Source: Rickettsia typhi
GTDB taxonomy: Bacteria; Pseudomonadota; Alphaproteobacteria; Rickettsiales; Deianiraeaceae
NCBI GenBank assembly: GCA_945889175.1
Contig: CAMDBF010000003.1
Location: 223 to 64,222 of the forward strand
Length of the DNA stretch: 64,000 nucleotides
Reading direction: 5' to 3'
Part shown: piece by piece, positions 45,515 through 54,082 of the stretch
Position numbering within the stretch: position 1 is the first letter of the stretch
Layout of the letters: the number at the start of each line of letters is the position of its first letter
Translations under genes and position numbers: made by a program
The notes under the pieces: model-generated
Seen by the model: only the letters and a program-made list of their open reading frames with translations
The model's database searches: none
Told to the model about the DNA's origin: nothing

Positions 45515-47809
45515 ATGGAACTCGAACTTGAAGTAAAAGATTTAGACTTAACAGAGAATATAATATCATCTCTTAATAAAAGACAAAGGGAAGCTGTACT
45601 AACAAACAATAGCCCATTGTTAATTCTTGCAGGAGCGGGAACTGGAAAAACAAACACAATAACAAAAAAAATAGCCTACATTATAGCTTCAGGCTTTGCA
45701 AGCCCATCTCAAGTGCTTGCCGTAACCTTTACAAACAAGGCCGCAAACGAAATGCGCGAAAGAATCATAAAGGTTGTCAAAAATGGTCAGGATGTCAACA
45801 TAGGCACTTTTCACTCCATCTGTTTAAAAATGCTCAGATTTAATCACTCTGCGATAGGGGTTGAGAAAAATTTTGTTGTAATAGACGCTCAAGATCAAAA
45901 AGATATTCTAAAGGCAATAGCAAAAGAGATTGGGATTTGCACAAAGACATACTCGGTAAAAAACTTATCATCCATTATATCAAAGGCAAAGGATGCTGAT
46001 TTAGACGATTTTGAAAAAGCAAAATTCGTTCCAGAAGCCATGCGTGGCATATCTTTAAATATATTATTAAGCGAGTATAACAAAAAGTTAAAAGCCCTTA
46101 ATGCCTTTGACTTCGACGATCTTTTACTCAGAACAGTAAGAATGCTTCAAGACAATAAAAATATCCTTGAATATTACCAAAGTAAATACAAGTACATAAT
46201 GGTTGATGAATATCAAGATACCAACACAATACAGTATAAATTAATCAAACTTTTAACTGGCTCAAACTCAAATATTTGCGTTGTTGGTGACGACGATCAA
46301 TCTATATACGGATGGCGTGGTGCGGACATTGAAAACATTTTAAGGTTTTCAAAAGAATTTAAGGGTGCGAAAACTATTAGACTTGAGGACAATTATCGTT
46401 CAACACCAAGCATATTAAATGTTGCAAACTCTCTTATTAACAACAATTCTAACAGGCTTGGTAAAAATTTAGTTTCAACTAAAAAACATGACAAGCCGGT
46501 TGTAATCCGTCAACACATTGACGAAAGAAATGAAGTTACCTTCATAATCAATCAAATAATGCACATCAACCAAATCAATGGAGTACCGCTATCGCAAATT
46601 GCTATATTATTAAGATCCTCTGCTCTTTCAAGGTATCTTGAGGAAAGTTTAATTAAGTCTAATATAGCTTATAAAATTATTGGTGGACTGAGGTTCTATG
46701 AAAGAAAAGAGGTGAAGGATGTCATATCCTATCTTAGAATACTAGGTAATGACATGGACTTTATATCATTTAAAAGAGCAATGTCAAACCCTAAAAGAGG
46801 CATAGGCGATGCAAGTTTAGATAAAATAGAATCCTTTGCAACCCAAAACAACTTAGGCATTACCGAAACTTTAAAAATCATTTCTGAAGATGGATTTTTC
46901 TCTGGAACCAATCTTAACTTAAGGCTAGTGTCAAAGGCGAGGGAGGCAATAAATGATTTTTATATAAAGCTTCAAAGATGGCAAAGTATCATTAATACCG
47001 AAAATTTAAGACTTGATTTTGTCGCCGAAGAGATAATGAGTGACATATCTTACGAGGAATTTTTACGCTCTGAAAGTGAAGACACAAGAGAGTTTGAAGC
47101 GAAAAGCGAAAACCTAAGAGAGCTTTCAAGATTGCTATCTGACTTTAGATCTATAGGTGACTTCCTAGAGTACTCAAGTCTTTCGAGCGACGAAACAGGT
47201 CTGTCAAAAAACGGGCAGGAGACAAAAGAATCTCTCTCTATAATGACAATCCATGCCTCAAAGGGTCTAGAATTTGAAGCAGTTTTTGTACCATTTTTGG
47301 AAGATGGAATTTTTCCAAATCAAAGAGCAATAGATGAATCAAAAACAGGTGATGTAGAAGAGGAAAGAAGACTTGGTTATGTTGCTGTTACTAGGGCAAT
47401 GAGGTATTTGTATTTAACTTTTTCAAAACACAGGTTTTTTGCAGGCTCCCTTGTACCAACAACAAGATCTAGGTTTATAGATGAAATTACCGCCGTTCAA
47501 ACTGATTCTTTTGAATTTTTAAAACAAGAGTTCTCACCTCTTTTTAATCAAAAAAAATCCAAATCAAGCTACGAAGAAGACGATACTACTAAGCCAAAAT
47601 CTAAAAATTCTGGCTACAGTCCAAATCCAAAAAGAGCCGTTAGACTTAACCAAGGTTTTGCAAAAAATCTCAGTATAGGCACCCCAGTAAGTCATAAAAT
47701 ATTTGGAACCGGTAAGGTGCAAAAAATCGATGGACTGTTTTACGAAGTCATTTTTGATAACGACAGTCAAAAAAGAAGTATAAGAAAAGATTTTCTAGAA
47801 TCTATATAA
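45515..47809 (+). CDS. uvrD: UvrD/Rep/PcrA-family ATP-dependent DNA helicase
   Basis: 'AGAGTGKT', 'VTFTNKAA', 'IMVDEYQDTN', 'VGDDDQSIYGWRGA', 'TIHASKGLEF' and 'VAVTRA'. Confidence 0.9.
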   Translation: MELELEVKDLDLTENIISSLNKRQREAVLTNNSPLLILAGAGTGKTNTITKKIAYIIASGFASPSQVLAVTFTNKAANEMRERIIKVVKNGQDVNIGTFHSICLKMLRFNHSAIGVEKNFVVIDAQDQKDILKAIAKEIGICTKTYSVKNLSSIISKAKDADLDDFEKAKFVPEAMRGISLNILLSEYNKKLKALNAFDFDDLLLRTVRMLQDNKNILEYYQSKYKYIMVDEYQDTNTIQYKLIKLLTGSNSNICVVGDDDQSIYGWRGADIENILRFSKEFKGAKTIRLEDNYRSTPSILNVANSLINNNSNRLGKNLVSTKKHDKPVVIRQHIDERNEVTFIINQIMHINQINGVPLSQIAILLRSSALSRYLEESLIKSNIAYKIIGGLRFYERKEVKDVISYLRILGNDMDFISFKRAMSNPKRGIGDASLDKIESFATQNNLGITETLKIISEDGFFSGTNLNLRLVSKAREAINDFYIKLQRWQSIINTENLRLDFVAEEIMSDISYEEFLRSESEDTREFEAKSENLRELSRLLSDFRSIGDFLEYSSLSSDETGLSKNGQETKESLSIMTIHASKGLEFEAVFVPFLEDGIFPNQRAIDESKTGDVEEERRLGYVAVTRAMRYLYLTFSKHRFFAGSLVPTTRSRFIDEITAVQTDSFEFLKQEFSPLFNQKKSKSSYEEDDTTKPKSKNSGYSPNPKRAVRLNQGFAKNLSIGTPVSHKIFGTGKVQKIDGLFYEVIFDNDSQKRSIRKDFLESI

Positions 47810-47818
47810 ATTAATAAA

Positions 47819-49150
47819 ATGTTTACAAAAGGAATTGTATTTTTTTTAACGACATTAAGTACTCTAATCTTTTTTTTAGAGAGCTTTGCGTCTTGTAAAA
47901 ATGCAGCTCTTATAATTCCAAATGCAAGCCACATAACAATAGGTGCAACACTTGATAATTATGATATTCAAGTTGCCTGTAGCATAGTAAATGGTACCGA
48001 ATATATTAACCCAGAAGGAAATAAGATTTTTAAAGTACTTTGCATAAATGGAACATGGAACAAAAAAACACTGCACTCATGCAACATCCCTCCAGCTAAG
48101 CCAATATACGGTGGGCGTAAAAACTTTAATTGCAATACTGACTACCTAAATATTGCAAATGCAACTTTAAAATTCAACAACACTACAATTACAAATCCAA
48201 TCACCGTAGCAAATGGAGCACAAATTGCTGTAACATGCAATGTTGGATATTTTGCCTCAATGCTTGCAAAAAACCCAGATCCCACAGAAGATGCGGACCC
48301 CAAAGCAGTTGTACCAATTGGATCTTACGCCGTTACCTGCGATAACGGAGTTTTTACCAATGTTAAAAACTGCACGCCAATTTGCAGCATCGACAGTTTA
48401 CAAACTTTTATGAGCAACCTAGGTGAAAGTATTACTATTTTAAACGACAATGTTGTTACTCTTGCCAGTGGTTCAAAAGTTGCCACGGTTGACTCTTCCG
48501 TAAAAGTAAAGTGTAACCAAGGCGGAATTAAAGAGATAGGATCTGACACTTACAACCTTAAATGTGTATATGCTACAGTATGCTACGACGACTCAAAAAC
48601 AACTTGTGAATTACTTTCTTATTTTAAAATTAATGACCCCAATTTACCAGAGGCAAACATTATTAATGCCGACATGAATAATGCAGAATCAGAGGTTTAT
48701 TTTAAAAGTTTTCCCAGATGCAGTGCTGAATATAAATCTTGCAAAAAAAGTGATATAGATTCAGCTATAACAACAGGACTACTTGACTCTTACGATATAA
48801 CTGACAAATATATCAAAACAGGAACAACAATAAGACTGACATGTGACGATAGTATTTTACGGTCTCAAGCTTCCAGTACTGCAAATGTCGACGGTCAAAA
48901 TGTTGGACTTTATAGCGACTCTACATCAGTTACATCAAATGCAACCCCAACAAGGATAGTTACCGACACAACGAGTGTTGACACAAGTCAATATAATGTT
49001 TTCAATACAAATGGAACCAATATAGTAACAGCAATTAAACTTGATTCCGATGGTAGACAATACTCTGATATTACCTGCAGAGACGGCAGCTGGGAGCCAA
49101 GTGTTGCAGTATTGCAATGCCCTGGGGAAACCAAATCGCCAGCGGTATAA
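47819..49150 (+). CDS. secreted Cys-rich protein built of Sushi/CCP-like modules
   Basis: Signal peptide, then four 4-Cys modules. Three end in a CCP-like motif: 'CINGTWNKKTLHSC', 'CDNGVFTNVKNC' and 'CRDGSWEPSVAVLQC'. Earlier 'C..G(Y/G)' strands are also present. Confidence 0.5.
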   Translation: MFTKGIVFFLTTLSTLIFFLESFASCKNAALIIPNASHITIGATLDNYDIQVACSIVNGTEYINPEGNKIFKVLCINGTWNKKTLHSCNIPPAKPIYGGRKNFNCNTDYLNIANATLKFNNTTITNPITVANGAQIAVTCNVGYFASMLAKNPDPTEDADPKAVVPIGSYAVTCDNGVFTNVKNCTPICSIDSLQTFMSNLGESITILNDNVVTLASGSKVATVDSSVKVKCNQGGIKEIGSDTYNLKCVYATVCYDDSKTTCELLSYFKINDPNLPEANIINADMNNAESEVYFKSFPRCSAEYKSCKKSDIDSAITTGLLDSYDITDKYIKTGTTIRLTCDDSILRSQASSTANVDGQNVGLYSDSTSVTSNATPTRIVTDTTSVDTSQYNVFNTNGTNIVTAIKLDSDGRQYSDITCRDGSWEPSVAVLQCPGETKSPAV

Positions 49151-49262
49151 AATTTAACTATTTTAAAAAAATGATTGATAAAAAAAATGATTGATTTAAC
49201 CTAGTATAAAGTTAAAGTTTTTTTTAAAAAACAAATCAAAGTTTTATAAGGCTGAAGCATTT

Positions 49263-51116
49263 TTGATCTACCAGATCTTATCTATTTTTATTATGGCAGG
49301 AGGAGCACCAGAGCAAGACAAGGTTTTAAGATACTTTAAAAACTTGGTTGTATTAAGTATTTTTTATGGAATAATCCTAGGATTTTTCTATTTTGCAAAC
49401 CTTCTATCAATTATTGCAGTTGTCGAATCCGTCGATAGAGTTATCAGCATCCTGCATTACGACCCTAAATTATATGCTAAACTAGCTATCGAAAGAACTC
49501 TTTACTACTGGTCTTTTTGGTTAAAATACAAAAGTACAATAAATTACTCTTATCATCACTTTTTTGTTATAAAGCTTTTTGCATTAACAATATCGCCTAC
49601 AATTTTATTAATGCTGTACATAAAAACTAAATGGCAAAGCATTAAAGAGTTTGTACCTTATAAGCCAGGGGAGGCTTTACACGGGGATGCCCATTGGGCA
49701 AGTTATTCTGAGATTAAAAAAATCGGTCTCTTTGCTAAGGATGGAATGCTTCTTGGCGAATACAAGCCTTCTAAATATTTTATTATAAAAGACTACCAGC
49801 ATGTACTACTCTTTGCTCCAACTGGATCTGGTAAGGGTGTTGGCTTTGTAATACCAAATCTATTATTTTGGAAAGAGAGCGTACTTGTTCATGATATTAA
49901 ACTTGAAAACTACGAACTTACAAGCGGATATAGATTTAATGTTTTAAAGCAAAAGTGTTACACTTGGGCTCCTGCTGATCCAGAAGGATACTCCCATTGT
50001 TACAATCCACTTGACTGGATAGCAACTCAATCTGGTAAAATGGTAGATGATGTTCAAAAAATTGTAAAAATTGTTATGCCAAAGCAAGAATTTTGGGAAA
50101 ACGAAGCTCGAAGCATGACAGTTGGGGTTATTTTGTTTTTAATAGCCGACGAAACAAAGCCCACAACCTTTGGAGAGGTTGTTAGAACACTAAGAAGTGA
50201 CGATGTAACTCAAACCCTAGCCGTTGCACTTGATACTCTTGGTGACAAGATTCACCCAGTTGGATATATGAATCTTTCTGCTTTTTTACAAAAAGCTGAA
50301 AAGGAAAGATCTGGTGTAATATCTACTGCAAACTCTGGACTTGAGCTTTGGTCAAACCCACTTATCGATAAAACAACATCACGAAGCGACTTTGACATAA
50401 GGCAGTTTAAAAAAGATTTGACAACCGTTTATGTAGGACTAACTCCCGATAACATTGAAAGACTAAGACCTCTAATGTCAATGTTTTACCAGCAGGCGAC
50501 AGCTTTTTTAGCATCTAAAATTCCACAAAAAGATGAACCATATGGCGTTATGTTTATGATGGATGAGTTTCCTACCGTTGGAAAGCTTGAACAATTTTTA
50601 TCTGGTATCGCTTATTTTCGTGGTTACCATGTTAAACTTTTTTTAATCGTACAAGATACTCAGCAATTAAAGGGTACATACGAAGACTCTGGTATGAACT
50701 CATTTTTATCAAACTCTACCTACCGTATAACATTTGCAGCCAATAACATTGAGACGGCAAAGTTAATATCCGAGCTTGTTGGTAACAAAACAGCCGTCTC
50801 AGAATCAATGAACAAGCCAAAGTTTTTAGATCTGAACCCTGGTAGTAGATCAGTCCACATGTCTCATACCCAAAGAGCTCTGCTTTTACCGCAGGAGGTT
50901 ATAGGATTGCCAAAAACAGATCAAATTATTCTTATCGAGGCATCACCACCAATAAGATGTAAAAAAATTAGATACTTTAAAGATAAATTTTTTACAAGGA
51001 AACTTCAAAAACCAATACCAATTCCAAAACAAAAACCTTATACTCCAAAAAGACAGACTCCAAAGCCACAAAATTCAGAATCAAATGCAACATCTTCCAA
51101 TGCGGCTAACAATTAA
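49263..51116 (+). CDS. virD4: type IV secretion coupling protein VirD4/TraG
   Basis: N-terminal TMs, Walker A 'FAPTGSGKGVGFVIPN', 'MFMMDEFPTVG' (Walker B) and 'FLIVQD'. The start is TTG 49263 or ATG 49293. Confidence 0.85.
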   Translation: MIYQILSIFIMAGGAPEQDKVLRYFKNLVVLSIFYGIILGFFYFANLLSIIAVVESVDRVISILHYDPKLYAKLAIERTLYYWSFWLKYKSTINYSYHHFFVIKLFALTISPTILLMLYIKTKWQSIKEFVPYKPGEALHGDAHWASYSEIKKIGLFAKDGMLLGEYKPSKYFIIKDYQHVLLFAPTGSGKGVGFVIPNLLFWKESVLVHDIKLENYELTSGYRFNVLKQKCYTWAPADPEGYSHCYNPLDWIATQSGKMVDDVQKIVKIVMPKQEFWENEARSMTVGVILFLIADETKPTTFGEVVRTLRSDDVTQTLAVALDTLGDKIHPVGYMNLSAFLQKAEKERSGVISTANSGLELWSNPLIDKTTSRSDFDIRQFKKDLTTVYVGLTPDNIERLRPLMSMFYQQATAFLASKIPQKDEPYGVMFMMDEFPTVGKLEQFLSGIAYFRGYHVKLFLIVQDTQQLKGTYEDSGMNSFLSNSTYRITFAANNIETAKLISELVGNKTAVSESMNKPKFLDLNPGSRSVHMSHTQRALLLPQEVIGLPKTDQIILIEASPPIRCKKIRYFKDKFFTRKLQKPIPIPKQKPYTPKRQTPKPQNSESNATSSNAANN

Positions 51117-51411
51117 GTTTATCAAAACTACAGATATGCAGCAATAATGCTGGTTAATTGTCAGTATTCAATAAAATATACTCGTTTAAGTTGTACTTTA
51201 TATAAAAATAGATTTATTTGTACAACTAAAGTCCACAAACCTTACAATTACGCTAATAATAACAATTTTTTTACAATATTTATAAAATAAATTTGCATTT
51301 TGAAAAAATAAAAGATTATATTTATATTATAACAAAATGATTTTTACAACCTAGTATAAAATTATTTTGTATTTTGTTTATAATTTATCATTTAATTTGA
51401 GTATTTTGCGT

Positions 51412-51765
51412 ATGCAAATAAAAAAAAGTAAGAATTTAAGAGGTAGTAGTAACAACTTATTAAATGTATTGTTGCAAAGCAATGGTGATAACGATGGTAA
51501 TTTTAATGTTACTCTGGAGCTTGATAATGCAAAGATTGGATCTTTTTTAAAGTCAATGAGATTAATTAAGCTTATGACTTTAATGGATATTCAAAATGCG
51601 ACAAAAATTTCATATCAACAAATCAAAAAATACGAAGAAAATAAAAGCAGGATAAGTATCAACAACTTAGCATCTATTCTTGAGGCTCTTGGACTTTATT
51701 CCTCTCTTCAGATTACCACTGGAATATTTAAAGAAAATACTAAAATGATAAAAAATAAGCTTTAA
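51412..51765 (+). CDS. XRE-family helix-turn-helix transcriptional regulator (paralog B)
   Basis: 'IGSFLKSMRLIKLMTLMDIQNATKISYQQIKKYEENKSRISINNLASILEALG'. The first ATG in context is at 51412. Confidence 0.7.
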   Translation: MQIKKSKNLRGSSNNLLNVLLQSNGDNDGNFNVTLELDNAKIGSFLKSMRLIKLMTLMDIQNATKISYQQIKKYEENKSRISINNLASILEALGLYSSLQITTGIFKENTKMIKNKL

Positions 51766-52000
51766 AAACTTGCAAAATAGAAATATTACTTTAGATTATT
51801 TTTGCGAAGTCAAACTTTGGAGCTGGTAATAATATAATAAATAATGCAATCGTTTTTCATTTACATTGCATTACAAAATCAGCGAGCTATTTATAATTGT
51901 ATTTATAATAAGTATTACAATCCCTCCATTGTATTTTTCATATTTATTATAAAAATTAACAATATTACCTAGTAGTCAAAAAATAATATTTTGTTCAAAA

Positions 52001-54082
52001 ATGCTTGTAAAACATATATCGCTGAGCAAGTTGATTAAAAATATCACAAAGAAAACATATTATTACACATCAGTAAAATTAAAAGCCTTTTCGTTAATTG
52101 AAGTTGCAATTGCAATTGTACTTGTTGGCATAGTAACATTCCCTCTTATATCTATTACAACTGGCTTTTTAGAGAGGGCAAAGATAGAAAAGACAAACAA
52201 ATCGATAGCCGTCATTAAGGAGTCTTTGGTTTCATATTTTTTAATGAATAAAGCTCTACCCTGCCCAGCCGATCCAACTCTCAATCCAAATAACCCAAAC
52301 TATGGCAGCTCGCAATCTTCTTGTTCTTCAATTAAAGGAACCGTTATAGGTTCGCTACCAGTTGACGCTCTTGGACTTAGTAGAGATTTTATACTTGATG
52401 GTTACGGTCGTAAATTTGCTTATGCCGTTCCAAGCTTTTTAACAACATCAGGAAATGTGCGTTTTTATAAAGATAGAGCAGAAAAAACAATCATTGCATA
52501 TGATGGAAAGGAGCAACTATCTGCTGACAAACAAATTACACTAAATTCATCGGGCGGTACATTAATTGCAAGCGATGTATTTTTTATCATTAATAGTTAT
52601 GGCAAGGATGGGGTTGGTGCCTATCTTGAAAACGGCTCCAGACTTAAAACAACCAACATAAATGCCTCTGTTACCGCCGGAATGGCGTCTTACACAAGCT
52701 CCTTTACCTTGTTTTCAAAAAACGATATCACTGGAGATGATGTTCTGCAATATGGATCGTTTAAATCTATATTAAGCCTATTGCAAGACTACGGGTATGT
52801 AGAATGTCAAGATATAAAAGGTAACAACTCAAGCTTTACGGATATAAACTCTTTTACCTTTCCAAAAACTTCGGCAAATACAACAATAACTGCTAGTGCA
52901 TTAAGTTGTCCAAACGGTACAGCTTTACTTCAAACACCCACTGCAACTTGCTCGTCAAGCGGAGACTGGATAAACTTCAAACCTCAAGAATGTGGGTATT
53001 ATAATAAAGATGTTATTTACGGAACTATTACCTTTGGCGATGTTGGTACCGCAAGTGGTGCAGTTACTTCAACTGGACCAATACTCGCTGCTATCAAAAC
53101 ATTAGATGTCACAGGAGCAACAGCTATAGAAGTTTTAGTCGATAACCTAGGCGGAACCGACTACAGGGTTCAGGCTACATTAAAATCGAACGATGCTAAG
53201 GATGTAAACACTGTAAGCACGCCAGTTATCAAAATTATCGATAGCAGTAAGTTTCATATCCTATTAAAGGACATAGGAATTGCAACTCAAGATCCAAGCT
53301 TTGGAGTATCACTTGTTATAACAAGTCCTTTAAAAGCATCTAACCAACTAGATGCAACATTATATCCTGGCATGCCTCTTTGTACAATAGTAGCTCTGTA
53401 TTCAGAAACGATACCAGATGGATGGAAGCTTTGCGACGGAAAAAACTTGACGACAACTGATACGTGTGATAAGAATTTACAAACATACTGCGGACTTACA
53501 TCTACCGCACCAGACTTGAGAGGTCTTTTTTTAAGAGGTCTTGACAAAGGAAGAGGCATGGATCCAGAGTATTCAACCTCAAGATACAATCCACTAGATT
53601 CAGTCGCCAAAACAAGTGTTACAAAAACAACCACATCAAATGCAATAGGCAGTATACAAGATGAAGCTATTATAGCCCACGCCCACTCCCTTGCAGCAGT
53701 AAAAGCAACCCTAAAAGGAACTGCAACAACAACCATAACTCCACCTGCAACTGGAAATGTTTTACTCTCTGGGACGAGTACAAATGCAATCCTTATCTCT
53801 ACAACTACAACTGCACCTACTGGAACTAGCAGGCTCTTCCAGTTGCCAGGTAACACGCCAGCCTTAGCTGTTGCAGGTCTTAGTGCCTTAAGCTGGCCAG
53901 CCGTTACAAATATTACTGGCATCACTGTTAGTGTTACAGCACCTTCCGTAGTGGGATCAATAGACACTTCATCCGAACAAGACGCAACTACCAGCGGAGA
54001 TATCACAACCGAGACAGCGATGGCAACCAACGAGGTAAGACCTAAAAATATTGCGGTAAATTACATTATAAGATGCAAGTAA
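52001..54082 (+). CDS. chimeric surface protein: prepilin-type N-terminus and pilin-like domain fused to a phage tail-collar/tail-fibre-tip-like C-terminal domain
   Basis: 'KAFSLIEVAIAIVLVGIV' is near-consensus for the N-methylation site (Ala at -1, Glu at +5) and is followed by the pseudopilin-like 'LPCPAD...GSLPVDALGL...DGYGRKFAY'. The C-terminus has 'IPDGWKLCDG...APDLRGLFLRGLD.GRG.D...QDEAIIAHAH...NEVRPKNIAVNYIIR'. Confidence 0.6.
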   Translation: MLVKHISLSKLIKNITKKTYYYTSVKLKAFSLIEVAIAIVLVGIVTFPLISITTGFLERAKIEKTNKSIAVIKESLVSYFLMNKALPCPADPTLNPNNPNYGSSQSSCSSIKGTVIGSLPVDALGLSRDFILDGYGRKFAYAVPSFLTTSGNVRFYKDRAEKTIIAYDGKEQLSADKQITLNSSGGTLIASDVFFIINSYGKDGVGAYLENGSRLKTTNINASVTAGMASYTSSFTLFSKNDITGDDVLQYGSFKSILSLLQDYGYVECQDIKGNNSSFTDINSFTFPKTSANTTITASALSCPNGTALLQTPTATCSSSGDWINFKPQECGYYNKDVIYGTITFGDVGTASGAVTSTGPILAAIKTLDVTGATAIEVLVDNLGGTDYRVQATLKSNDAKDVNTVSTPVIKIIDSSKFHILLKDIGIATQDPSFGVSLVITSPLKASNQLDATLYPGMPLCTIVALYSETIPDGWKLCDGKNLTTTDTCDKNLQTYCGLTSTAPDLRGLFLRGLDKGRGMDPEYSTSRYNPLDSVAKTSVTKTTTSNAIGSIQDEAIIAHAHSLAAVKATLKGTATTTITPPATGNVLLSGTSTNAILISTTTTAPTGTSRLFQLPGNTPALAVAGLSALSWPAVTNITGITVSVTAPSVVGSIDTSSEQDATTSGDITTETAMATNEVRPKNIAVNYIIRCK

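Noticed and set aside
49199-49212. The 13-mer AACCTAGTATAAA occurs upstream of virD4 (49.20 kb) and upstream of XRE paralog B (51.35 kb), with a related TACCTAGTAGTC at 51.97 kb. It could be a shared operator or -10 box.
   Set aside because: A 13-nt AT-rich match within 64 kb of AT-rich DNA is within chance expectation. No dyad symmetry or further conservation surrounds it.
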